Of a stretch of DNA of 64,000 nucleotides, positions 1-11,561 are shown in pieces. The translations under genes were made by a program, and so were the position numbers. Every line of letters begins with the position of its first letter. Within the stretch, counting starts at the first letter, position 1. Under the pieces are notes generated by a model. That model saw nothing but the letters and a program-made list of their open reading frames with translations. It made no database searches and was not told the origin of the DNA. The DNA comes from Rhizodiscina lignyota (lineage: Eukaryota): positions 1,860,001-1,924,000 of the forward strand of contig ML978123.1 of assembly GCA_010015805.1 (NCBI GenBank), read 5' to 3'.

Positions 1-819
1 GAACGGCCGCGTTATCAAGTCCGTACCCATCCGTGCAGCAATGTGAAGTGCGCAAGCTGACTCCCTGACAACAGATTACATCGACCAGCAGCAGTATATC
101 ACTAGGATGGACGAGCGTGCTACCGTTCATAACAACGACTTCGTCGGCTCCTTCTCCTACAACATCTTCGTCGGCGTCTTCGTCGCCACCATCTTCGGCA
201 GCGCCTTCTTCTTCGACCTCTTCTGGCCTGAGCGGTTCGAGTCACGCGCCGTCAAGCTAGCATGGCGCATCTGCTCGGTGCTCTGCATCGCCTTCACCCT
301 CTCCGCCGCGCTGCTCCTCACCATCGTGCTCTCAACACACACTGCGAAGATCACAGGCGTGGATGCCGCCGAGGCGCGAGAGCTGCTTATCCGGTCGAAG
401 CCGAACGAGCCGCTCGTGTATAAGCACAACAAGCGCGGAATCGCCAGCGTCGTCTTCATCTGGCCCGGCTTCATCGCCACCATCGCGAGGTAAGCTTTTG
501 CCCTCATCGCTGACCCGGTAGTTCCCGCTGACACAAAGCACACAGCACGGTACTGCTCTGGCACTCCCTCGCTCACATCGACACCTACGGCCCGTTCTCC
601 TCGCACGCCCGCCCGAATTGCAAGGACGATTTCGAGCTGCCGAGTGAGCCGAACCCTGATGCTACTTCCGCTGCCGCTGCCGCGCTCGGCTCGTCGAGCC
701 CGCGCGTGCCGTATGACGTCGACGACACGGGCGTCCCGACGCCGCCAGAGAAGGTGCACCAAGCGCATGCCATAAGGTATTCCATGCCCTATGAGCAGAC
801 GAAAGTAGTCCAAGTCTAA
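1..819 (+). CDS. Multi-pass membrane protein of unknown function, 5'-truncated by the window edge
   Basis: Introns 19-74 (GTCCGT..CTGAC..CAG) and 490-545 (GTAAGC..GCTGAC..CAG) join ...GTAALSNYIDQQ...FFFDLFWPERFES...GFIATIASTVLLWHSL...; several hydrophobic segments; stop TAA 817-819. Confidence 0.75.
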
Positions 820-1885
820 TATGACTGGGCCTGTACAACGAGTACGAGAAAAGGATTTAGCTGATATAATGTGGGGACACAGTGGAAGGCACAGTGTCTG
901 ATGATCGATATGTCGTATGGAAACTTTGGACTTATTGCCGGACGCACTTCTGCACGAGGAGAAACTTGGCAATACTGCCAAGGGAAAGATGTCCTTCTAG
1001 TTTTATTCATGTTGGGAGCTCCATCTGGTTAGGTTCCGGTGTTCGCAAGCGCATGGCAGCACGACTACTTCGATCGGATTGGTTACCTCTGCAGACGGAC
1101 GACGCATCATTCATCACCATCAACGCTTGCACGTCACTATTCCCGGAGCACCATCCAGAATACAAGGTCGTGGTTGGGGTTGAGCTTTCTTTTGTTATAA
1201 GCGTTCCACGGAATATGGGCTTGACCCCAGCAGCATGTTTCCTAAGCGGGCAGTGTGGCTGGCGACGAAAGGATAAGGAACGGAGAGCATAGCGACGGCG
1301 TTTGGGCATTCTTACTTTTTAAGAATTGGCTTGTCGAGTCAGGGGGAGTGTTCATTCCTTTTCCTCAGTATTACTGCTGCATGGTAATCAGTAGTCATCA
1401 ATGTTGGCGTTAGTCATGGGCAGATCACCGAAACGAAATGATGACGAGAATTACCGCGCACACAAGCCACAGGCACCACCAGTTCACTGTTCCCGTGAGG
1501 ACGCATCGCTTTCTTGCACTTTCCCAGTAGAGACCACGTGTACACCCGCAGCAATGACGCGTTCAGTATATTCTTCGTGATACTCGCCCCCAACGTACAA
1601 CATTGATGGCTTTTCGGCCGTGATGACTCGCCTTTACCCACATAGCCAGAGAAAAGCCTAGAGCGTTCAAAGCGCGGTAGCGATGCCCTCTCCCCAAGCC
1701 TTCAAGCTATTCAAACACCGTTATCTGCATCCCATTCTGTCCACTGGGCTCGCCGATCCACGGAAGTCCCTGCATACAGCTCTCTGCTAGACTGCTACCG
1801 CTCTGCCACCGCTGCTTCATACGGCGGCCTCCGCCTGGGGAGGGATCGGTCGGCACATGGTGGGTTGGGGAGCGAGCGCAGCGGC

Positions 1886-2774
1886 TCAGACAGTCCGTCG
1901 ATCCGTCATGACCCTGACGATGCACCCGACGCCGGCAATCTCGACCAGCTTCTCGTGCCAGCTCAGCAGCACGCCCATCGTGTGACCGCTGCCCTCGCCC
2001 GCGCCCACCCTGCCCTGGATCTGCGAGAAGCCGCCGGTCGCCTGCCGGGTCATGGTGCCTTTGGAGCCGCTGGACGGGGAGGCCTGGGCCATGCCTTTGT
2101 ATCTACGCAGGGCAAATGTGTCAGCAATTTGTAACGCAGTGGCTTGTAAAATGGGCTGAGGGATACTGTTTGTGGGGAAAGGTGTGCGTGGTTACTGATA
2201 CAGAGCGGATTACGCGAAGAGGAGGGGGAGGGAGGGAGAGGGTCCATACATGTACTTCATGAGGCAGTCGACCAGCTCCGTGCCGCCGTCTGATTGGTAT
2301 ATGCGCGTGAGGAGGGGTGTCATTTCGGACTGGCGGATGGACTGGAAGATCTCCATGACCGTAGCGAGGTGGATGTCCTGTTCAAAGCAGCGCGATCTCG
2401 TCAGCCCAGGGCCCATTTCCGCTGTAAGCGCGCACGGGAAACCACAGCATTGCTCCTCCACGAACTTCGCCACCCCGAGGCCGAGCAATGCTGCCTTCGC
2501 GATGTCGAAGCTAAAGCAATGCAACCTCAACCCACCGCTCTAGACTGACCTTTGCTTTCTCATCACCCCCGTACGGCGCCATCTCCAGTGCACCTCGCAA
2601 CGCGCCTTCGCTGTCCCCGCCCCGTAGCAATTGCCGTATCTGGCCGGCGAGCGACTGCACGTCGGCCGCAGAGGCGGGCACGAGGCCGGGCGTGAGGGTG
2701 GAGAGGTCGAAGTTTGCGGCGCTGTCGGGATCGAGCGCGTCGATGTTGATGGTGCGCCAGTTCACCTGCGACAT
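1886..2774 (-). CDS. ARC15: Arp2/3 complex subunit 5 (p16-Arc)
   Basis: Three exons (2774-2550, 2377-2250, 2102-1886): MSQVNWRTINIDALDPDS...DCLMKYIYKGM...LLSWHEKLVEIAGVGCIVRVMTDRRTV, typical ARPC5 motifs. Confidence 0.93.
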
Positions 2775-4047
2775 GGTAGCGACGGAGGCCCGAGGACCAA
2801 AGGTGCGCGCGAGCGAGGAGCTATGGGAGTCGGTCTGTGGAATATGGGTCGGGACGAAAGCGAAGGCGGCCGTGAGGATGGAGCGCTATGTATGTGGTGG
2901 TGAGCGCGGCTCTGCCCCGCGGACTGGAGGTGATTTGGATTCTTCGCAGTTGCGGGCTTGGCCGTGATGGAGTGAGGTTCAATTAACGCTTGGATGTCTG
3001 CACGCTCACCAGCCAGATTGGGGTTGGGCGGCGCATGTGTGGAAGATTCTGTCGTGGTTCTGCGAGCGGCGCTATGTGGGGCTGCCAAGCCCTGCCCTTT
3101 CTTCACCCTAACCCATCGTCATCCCTTATTCATCTGCCAATGCGCTGCATGGCATGGCATGGCAGGGCACACAAGAGCGTCCCTTAAGTCGTTCACGCAA
3201 GGGTGCTGCGACGTTCCGCAGCAGCATGCAAAGGGCGGAATTATGGGCCCGCCGCCAAGTTATCTAGATCTCGCCTCTGCAGCGACACGTCTTGGACGGG
3301 ATGACAATAGTCAGAAGCTGAAGCTGAGAAGGGGTCGCTGATGTGAAAAGCAAGGTTTGGTGAAGGTGCTCGTCGATTACAAGGATACTATTGCTCTATC
3401 TGCCTGTCTCAGCCGCACTCGCACACAACCGGATAGAATGGCCATAATCCCTCGCTGTGCAAGCCCTCCTCGGCCATGGTAATCAGCCAGGCCCAGAGCC
3501 TCGCGCAATACAGCTTCCATTCCCGCAACAATGATGAAAGCAAACATCTCGCCGCTAATCGTACAATGATCCACCTCTTTCCGGAATTTGCGACATTGTG
3601 CAGCGCGAGCCGCAGGGGAAAGCAAGTCTATCTAGGAAGCAAATAAAAAAAGTAATATATTGTAATTCAGTCTGTAGGAAAGGGATCCCTTATCTCGCGC
3701 AACATTGTGTATTCTTCCAGGAGTGTGCGCGCAAGCGACGAGCCAAATATCCCAGCCATGTCTATCCGAACGCCGCCGAATGGGAAAGAGAAAGTGCTTT
3801 TGAAATGAACCGGATGCCGCTGAAACAATATGGGGTATATGAAGCAAGGAGGGCCGCTGGTCGCTCAAGAACGCAAAAAGCACGCTGTCGGGTGGGGGTG
3901 CTAATGATACAAGTGTCGAAGGGATGGGTCGGTGGGTTGTGAGTGCTGATTGCTGTGTGTCGTGCGATTCGAGGGATTTCCGCTGGTGTCGCGTCGAGGA
4001 AACGGGTAATTACAAAGTGTGGTGGAAGTTGGTGTCGCGAGCCCCAA

Positions 4048-4524
4048 TTAGGAAGTTGCGAGACGAGGCCGAGGCAAGCTGCAAGGATCGATGAAGCGCA
4101 GGAGAAAGTGGTGGTGCCGGAATACGAGTAAGAATGAGGCGATGATGATGGTTCGGATGGATTCGAGAAGGTTGGATGACAGCAGGGCTGCAGCTGGCAG
4201 GGGACGCGTTAGTAAGACTGCGAGATGGCGTGTTCCGGCGAACGGCGGGATGCTACTTACTGCTTCGAATTGGATGGAGTTGTCGTTAGCCGCATAGATC
4301 CGTCCACTCTGTCGCTCCGCCAGAAATAGCCGTCAAACGTGAGTGGGTGGCATGTTCTGGAGTCGCCAGCTCCCGAGACGAAGAGAGGAATGGGGGCGCC
4401 GCGACTGCATGAAGGCAGAGTGCTACCTGCCAGTCGGCGGCGGCGGTTTTGGCTTGGGCGTGCCGGTAGTGTCGTAGGCTCCACGTCCCATATTCATCGT
4501 GGCGTCTTCTTCTCTCAAGATCAT
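4048..4524 (-). CDS. Putative small protein gene (33-80 aa depending on splicing) with a candidate stwintron
   Basis: TATATA at ~4561-4556; CCACC-ATG at 4524; MILREEDATMNMGRGAYDTTGTPKPKPPPPTG; two branch-point/acceptor sets downstream (GCTAAC 4290-4285 with CAG 4262-4260; ACTAAC 4213-4208 with CAG 4196-4194). Confidence 0.55.
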
Positions 4525-7500
4525 GGTGGAGGGGATGTGCGGGTGATGAAGTGCCTATATACCACGGGCGTTGTCAGCCTAAAGTCTTATGACGAGTTCG
4601 TCAGCATTTATTAGCGTTCTGAGTCACTCACGCGCAGGTCACGGCGAGGCAGCCGTTAAGGTGGATATTCTCTGGGCTTCTGTGGCCTTGCAGGCGTGGC
4701 GATGCTACCGCTTTGGTGACACGCGATGGAGCTACCTTTGCGCACCGGCAGAGCGGTGCTTGCTGAGTTTACCGAGAACGAATGCAAATGCTGACTATGC
4801 GTCCGGTAATTGCGATGGAGGCTCCGTGTCTTTGTAAGGTGGGAAGGGTTGCAGAAAGGAGTGTGTCGCGCGCAGATGCGTCGACTTTGTGTGAGTGAGA
4901 GTGTGAGTGTGAGTGGGTAAGGGAGAGAGACGAGAGGCTCGCAGTGCTGAGCTGACGAAAGGATGGAATTTTGAAATGGAAATATTTTTTCTGTGGACGG
5001 CAGCGCGCCGGCCAGGTTTTATTAAAGATTGCGACGGCGAGAGGCCCCCCTTTCTTTGCTAGAGCCTGGCAGGAAACATCCACGCAGCAAGCGAGACACG
5101 CAAATTGCAGAGCTGGCGCCCGGGCGTGTGAGTGATGGCACCGACCAGGGCGCCGGGTAGTTTCAAAAGAAGAAATCCAGCCTGTTGGAGCGGTTCCTGC
5201 ATGCCGCCAGCAGGCGGCGGACGCTAGGTCAACGCGTGGAAGTGGAAAGGGAGCGATCAGCCATCATCCATGCTCGCCGAAGGCGCAGCAGGAGTGCGAG
5301 TGTGAAGGGCAGCCCGCCGAGGGCCAATGTGCGCCGCGCCTTTGCATCTGGCCGTCGGTATTGGCCCTGGGCCCGACACTTCACACGCCTTTTCCAGCCT
5401 GGCTAAAGAAGCGTACGTAGCAGCACAGTCACACTCACTCCGCTCGCACACTCACTGACGTGGAGTTGCCTCTGCTTCTGCCTGCCCTCGCGTATTGGCT
5501 TTTGCCATCTGTTTCGCGGCCCAACGGCCAGAAAAAGGACACTGACACAGCTGCCTCCGCGACGTGATACAAGTCGCACTGGACGGTCAAAGCGACGCAT
5601 CGCTGTCAGACAAATCGCAAGTCAGGCTGGCCTCAGTGTACAGCGTGTCTCGAATCCCGCTTCCGCCCCCATAGTGACTAACCCTATCGATAGATGCGCA
5701 ATATCTGAATTGGGAGGCCTCCTCTCGAACTAGCTGCACCCATGTCGACTGTGTATATTGACACTGTGACAGAGCCTGAATAAGGGCCAGTAATCTGATT
5801 AGCATCGGCACTTCCAAGAGCTCGAGCATGCAGCGGCATCTATTCACTCCCTCCCTCCCTCTCTGGAGATGAAGCCGTATACCGTGTAATGAAATGGACC
5901 TCCCCCTCCCCCTTGAGCATCAGCCACTATCCCAGCTCTCCCCCGTGCTCCGGTCTGCCTCCCCGATCCACCATCGTCCGCCTGCCTGCGAGGCTAACAA
6001 CGCCATCCGCAATCCATTCCCCTGGGAACCACTCCACTTTCTCAGCCTCTTCACCTCGTCAACAGAGACCCAGATCCTTGGTGCAAGGCCGTAAAATTCT
6101 CCTTTCGTTTGCCCTCGTCGCTGGCGGACGTGCCTGACAGGCTGAGGTGGTCCGACACAGGTCTGCAAGTCCCGCAAAAAGAACGGTTTGGATGCTTCTG
6201 TTGCAGATTGGCTTGCTTCTTTCCTTCCGGGTGGGAAACCCACAGACGCTGGCCCGTCCGCCCGCGGCAATGAAGCGCAATGTATTAGAATCCGCGCAGA
6301 ACAATTTCAGGTTCAGCTTTGATGACGCCGGCTCGTTTGTGTGATTTGCATCGGGGTTGTTTTGTGGACTGCCTGCTTGCTTCTTCTCGACATGCCATTG
6401 TGTTTTCTCGTACTGTAACACCACTTAATGTGAGAGATTGCGAGAACAGAATGTGATAGGTACGAACTCCTGCCTATCGCCCAGGTGGAAGCAAGTTGCA
6501 GAAGAATCGCATCAGAGCTTCTGGAAGATCGTCCTCACACTAGTAGCTACTACTAGGCAACTAGCTTGAAGCTTGTAGAGGTAGCTTTTGATGTGCCCCA
6601 GAAACCACTTCTGCAGGGCGGCCAGGGCCGATCGCCTTCGGACTGTCCCATTCTCCGTTACAGAGCGTAGCATTCGGTGAGTCAGGCATTTGCAAAGAGC
6701 ATCGGATGAGGCCCGTGGAGCTCGAATGCCGGACGGGTAATGTCTTCAGGATTTGCGGCGACAAAATAGCCGCAAGCGCGGTGTCACCTTGGAAAGGGAT
6801 GCCAACTGCCGATGACATCGTTTCCTGGGCAGCAGTCCTCTGTCGTCCTTTTTTTAGCGGCCGTGGGAAATGCGACCAGGAAGGAGGAGCTACAGCAAAC
6901 GGTCCGCCTCCCGTAATTGCAACCTCGCTCCCCGAAGCGGGCCAGCGGGCGCGGCACACCTCCCGAACAAGTCCGCAGACGATCTTTGTGCGACGAGTCA
7001 ACCTTCGATTTCGATGGCAGCCGCATCGCGTGTCTCACGCGACAAGATCTGCACACCCTTGCCTGCCAGAGTTCCATCCGCTCCACTGCCCTTGACTCGA
7101 CTAACTTTCTGTCGTGCAAGCAACTCCACGCTCCGTGACTTCTCCCTCCTCGTATGCGACAGCTTTGACTTTAGCCCCCGAATTTCGCTTGAGCGAGCGT
7201 TCGCGCTCGTTTGAAAAGGACCACAAGAACCTTGCGCGAATTTGCTAGCCACGCAAAACGCCACCAGCCCTGCTGGCCCCCCATTCAAACAGCGAGAAAA
7301 AGCAATCGGCATGGACTAGTTTCCGGGAGGCATTTCCGCGCCAAACGAAACAGACCAGTCGTCTTTATTCCGCACCGCAAGAAAGCCCTCGTCGCCCAAT
7401 GCTCCCAAAACACGCACAGGAGCGTCACTGCGTCTGGAACGATATGCAGGTCCCCGTAACCCCTGGGCGGGAGGTTGCAGACTTCCACCCAACGCGGCGC

Positions 7501-7806
7501 TGCCCCCTTTTGATCTGCCCGGGGATGTCGGCAGGACGCAGCCCGTTTCTCATGGCTGACAGCCACACATGCAGCTAATGGCTTTGGGAAGTACCAAATC
7601 CCACTCTGCTGGAACGATGCTGCCACAGCGCGATAGGAACATTTGCGGCCCACAATCTTTTTTGGACGTCGTTCGCAAGAATCCCACGTCGGCCCACGTG
7701 GAGATGTTGTTTGGTGGGCAGCCGTGAGGGTTTGCTGGAGAGTGCGGTGCTGAGCGCTCTGATAGGACCGATTTCTTGCTCCTCCCACGCAATGCGTGAG
7801 ATCTGA

Positions 7807-8648
7807 TTGAACCGCAAGTCGAATACGGATTGCATTTGTTTCGTGGGAAGCTATCACCTTCCCGTGTTCTGCAACAGTGATGGTGAGCGTGGTGTTGAAT
7901 GGTCCTCGGATGGTGTTTGTTCCAGATGCGCATCCAAATCCTTCCATCCCGTAAGAAAGAGCATATCACCAGCTTCCCGTATTCACCTCATTCACCATGG
8001 ATCCTACGCGGGACATGCTTTAATTTGACCCGCGCTGGCTTCGACCATTGCGCTGGAGCGATAGACGAATTGCTGTCCACGTCATGCTGATGTTAAAAGT
8101 ATTGGAGGAGGGAAAAGGAAGGTGAGTTGAATATGTTTAAGAAAGCGTTTGCATCCTACAGTATGTGTGAGTGGCGTCAAATTATCCCGCGCATGTTCAA
8201 ATACGATGCCGAGGTGATTGAGCAAGTCAAGTCCAAGTAAAGCTTAGTCAAACCGGTTCATGACGTTGCTGGAGTTTTGCGAGCAGCGAAAAGCGAAGAG
8301 TTAGACAAGGTGAGACGGTGTACTCTTCACTGCGTGGGTGCGTGCAAAATTCAATCGCACAGCCGAAATTGCTATATCTTCGCGCAGTGATCGCAGCATC
8401 AACAAGAACATGCGCAGGATCTTCCACAACTTGAAAAGACCGAAGTCGAGACGGGCGAAGCCGAGGGTCTCCAGCTTACACAAAGGTCACAAAAGCGGCT
8501 GGAGGAAGCGATTGAGTCGAAGGTGTTTTCGGCCTCGGCTGCCAAAGCTGCGAGGAACGAGCCAGTGGACCTCTCGAGCCTGTTGAACATAGAAGACAAA
8601 GAAGCTGCGGCAGCTCCGCGATTGAGGAAGAAAGCATCTGCAGAGTAG
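7807..8648 (+). CDS. Possible multi-exon hypothetical protein; exon structure uncertain
   Basis: Donors GTGAGT 8122 and GTGAGA ~8310, acceptor CCTACAG ~8161; protein-like last exon HQQEHAQDLPQLEKTEVE...RLRKKASAE*. Start and phases not resolved. Confidence 0.3.
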
Positions 8649-9986
8649 TAATTTACTACTCGGCAGGAGATGACCTGATCTCGAAGCAACTGAACAGCAG
8701 CCACGTGAAGCCGAGCACATACCGTTATCCGACGTTCATATCAAGGCTTTCGTGCTAGATGGGAAATGCAAGTCGGGCTCCCGGCGAAGTCCGTGTTGAT
8801 GATACAAGCACTGTGCCGAAGTGGTGGTGGAGGAGGAGTGCCTTGTCGAACATGGCCTCGAATTCATTGAAGCAAGCGGCGGAAGAACACCACAAGCCAA
8901 AGAACACGGTGCTATGGCAGTGCGGCCCAGCTATCGCCCGACATTCAGACTTGCAAGCCTTTCGAATTTTCTGCTTACATTTAGCACCAAGTCCACTGCT
9001 TCAAGACTCACAGTCATACTTAGCTACTCGAATTCAGCACTTGAGCTTCCCGTCGAAATCATCTGGAGAGCTCTTGTTCATTATTCTGATCAACGACCCC
9101 CACAGCTCTGTCCCTGTACACATCGCACAAAATATCCACCGCAACTCTCACTTCTTCTCTCCAAACATACTACGAATATCGAGTACCATTCAAACCTCTC
9201 TCCAGAAGCCTCTCTACTCCAACGCTTTCGTCGTGCCCATATCCAGAACAACCTCTCACCTACCGAGACTGCAGAGCACCTCCTCACATCCGCGCCTTTC
9301 CAATGACCCATACCCGTCCTGTCGGAATCCTCATGCCAGGCTCAGGAGACACATTACCCTTACTTCACACGCTCCTTGCGACCCTTGCAGTCACTGCCAT
9401 CATTCCACCCGCCCTCGACATCTCACGCGTACTTCAGGTGTGACCGGACCGGCAGAGTTCCGCTCGGAATCGTGAGTCTCGTAAGGAGAAAATGTCATCA
9501 ATACGGATGCAACGCTGAAAGTACAGAGCGAAAAGGTGCCCGAAGACGTGACAGCAGCACGAGACATTTAACAAGGTGTGACATAAACTCAAATGTCAAA
9601 GTAAGATAGCACGGAGGTACAGATACATTCAGCTCTCCGGCAGGGGTAGGGATATCTTCGTTCGTATGTACCCTAGTTGAGAACGAGGACTTGTACGACT
9701 CGGACGAAACGACATGAGCTCGATAACAATGATAGAGGCAAAGGGCGAAGGACAGATTCGGGGCTGGGAACTGGATCGACTTGCACGAAACGTCACTACG
9801 TTTTCTTCCATGAATACGAATAGGCGGACACGGTAATTGAGTGAATGAACTTCTCTGGTATTTCCCTGGATCCCTTTGGTACCTAGGAAGCCACCGTACC
9901 CTAACTCACAGCCGCCAGAGAAAGTAAAATACCCGCAACGCATGCCTACCCATGATGCTTTTCGAATGTATCGCGTATAGCACCGT

Positions 9987-10603
9987 CTACTGCTCGGTCT
10001 GGAAGTAGTTCAGCAGCACCGAGCGCTCCTGAGACTCTTCACCCCAGTCCCTCACGACGACACACGAGCAGTTGACAACCTTGCGAGCGTTGCCTTCACG
10101 GTCGATTTGGCCTAGCAGAGCCGGTGCATTAGTTTCCGTGCAGAGAAAGACCTCAAAAGGCCCCACAACGGAAGCTCGCCTCGCGGCGGCAAGACTTACA
10201 GAGACCGGCCCATTCGCCGAGCTGCTTTCCATCCGGCACCTTGATCAACGGGATCTTGTGCTCGCTGCAGAGCGCCACCACCAGCTTCTTGTAGGCCTCC
10301 TCCTCGCACGCCTCGTTGAGCACGCACATGTGCGCTTGGCGTCTGTCCAGAGCTTTGCTTGCCTCCTTCAATCCGCGTGCCAGGCCATCGTGGATGAGCG
10401 CGATCTTCAAGACACCTTTCAGGGCCTCGAGAACGCTCATCTGACCTTTGCTGCCGCCAGCTTCGGCAGATACTTCGACTTCCTGGGGGTCCTCTTCCAC
10501 GACGGGCGAGGTGGGCTCTTCTCCGTCCGACTGTGAGGGAGCGGGAGAATCAGCCTGCTACATCGTAAAAACTGCTTCGAGGAGAGAAGGGTTGGCTTAC
10601 CAT
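9987..10603 (-). CDS. RPS12: 40S ribosomal protein S12 (eS12)
   Basis: [40 protein letters not shown]...GEWAGL...[18 protein letters not shown]; first coding exon is ATG alone (10603-10601) followed by GTAAGC; second intron ~10199-10112. Confidence 0.97.
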
Positions 10604-11561
10604 GATGAATGTTTTTGACAAGTCGGATGATCCTCGAAGAGTTTCGGTTGGATTGATGTTGTTGAAAGGGGCATGTAAAATTTGAGCTTGGGATTTTGAA
10701 GCAGCCAGGGCAGCTTGTGCCGCAGGCCGCAGCCGCTAAGCGAGAGCACCACGTGACTTGCGCTAACTTAAAAATGGCATCATAGCATGCGAGTCGCCAT
10801 CAACAATCCACCAGAACGTTCTCACGGCGATAAGTAATTGATTACGGCATATGACACAGTCATGGTGGCACCTTGTGTAATAGTATAGTGTGAAGCAAGT
10901 GAGAAGATTCGGGGATTTACGACATAAGGGCAGTGGCAATGAAGGTCGCAAGTTCAACGGATTTAATTGGATGGCAATGCTATGGATATATTGGTTGGGT
11001 AACTGAAAGCTGCACTTGAGACCTATTGTAAGAAAGATACAAGGTCATCTTAATATTTCGGCATTCAAAGGGACGCACTTATGCGTCCGCTACGACTATT
11101 CAAGTAGTACGCCTGCTCGTCCTCCTTCAAGTATCTGATAGTAAAGAGTAGTGATAGCAAAGGAAACCATGGGCAGTCACGAGCGTAAAAAGCTCGGTGG
11201 TGGTATAGTTGAGTATGAAACGACATTCACAGAATCCCGCACTCGCCTCCTAAGTGCTAAACACGCAACCCACTCCCAGCGCTAGCCAAACAAAAGGAAA
11301 TCAAGAGTCGCTCGTGAAAAAGGAGACAATTGATGAAACTGGCCGTCCGCCGATGAAACGCCACAAATTGAGACAAGAACAAGAAAGGCCGGCTTCGCTT
11401 TTGGCAGGAAGTGCTGTACAACCGGACGGCTTGCGTGGATTATAGTAAAGCAGTGACAAGAACGCTAGGTATGCTCCACCAGCGGAGATCAGAAAGTCTA
11501 TGTCCAAGGCATTGGAACTGGTATCAACAGTCTGAAATCATATGTTCGAAAGGAACGCCAT

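Noticed and set aside
5185..7800. Many 60-220 aa ORFs in the long intergenic region
   Set aside because: Arg/Ser/Cys-rich random-like composition, often non-ATG starts, no coherent splice structure.
8759..9475. 238-aa ORF downstream of RPS12
   Set aside because: Composition looks like translated non-coding DNA; no domain recognised.
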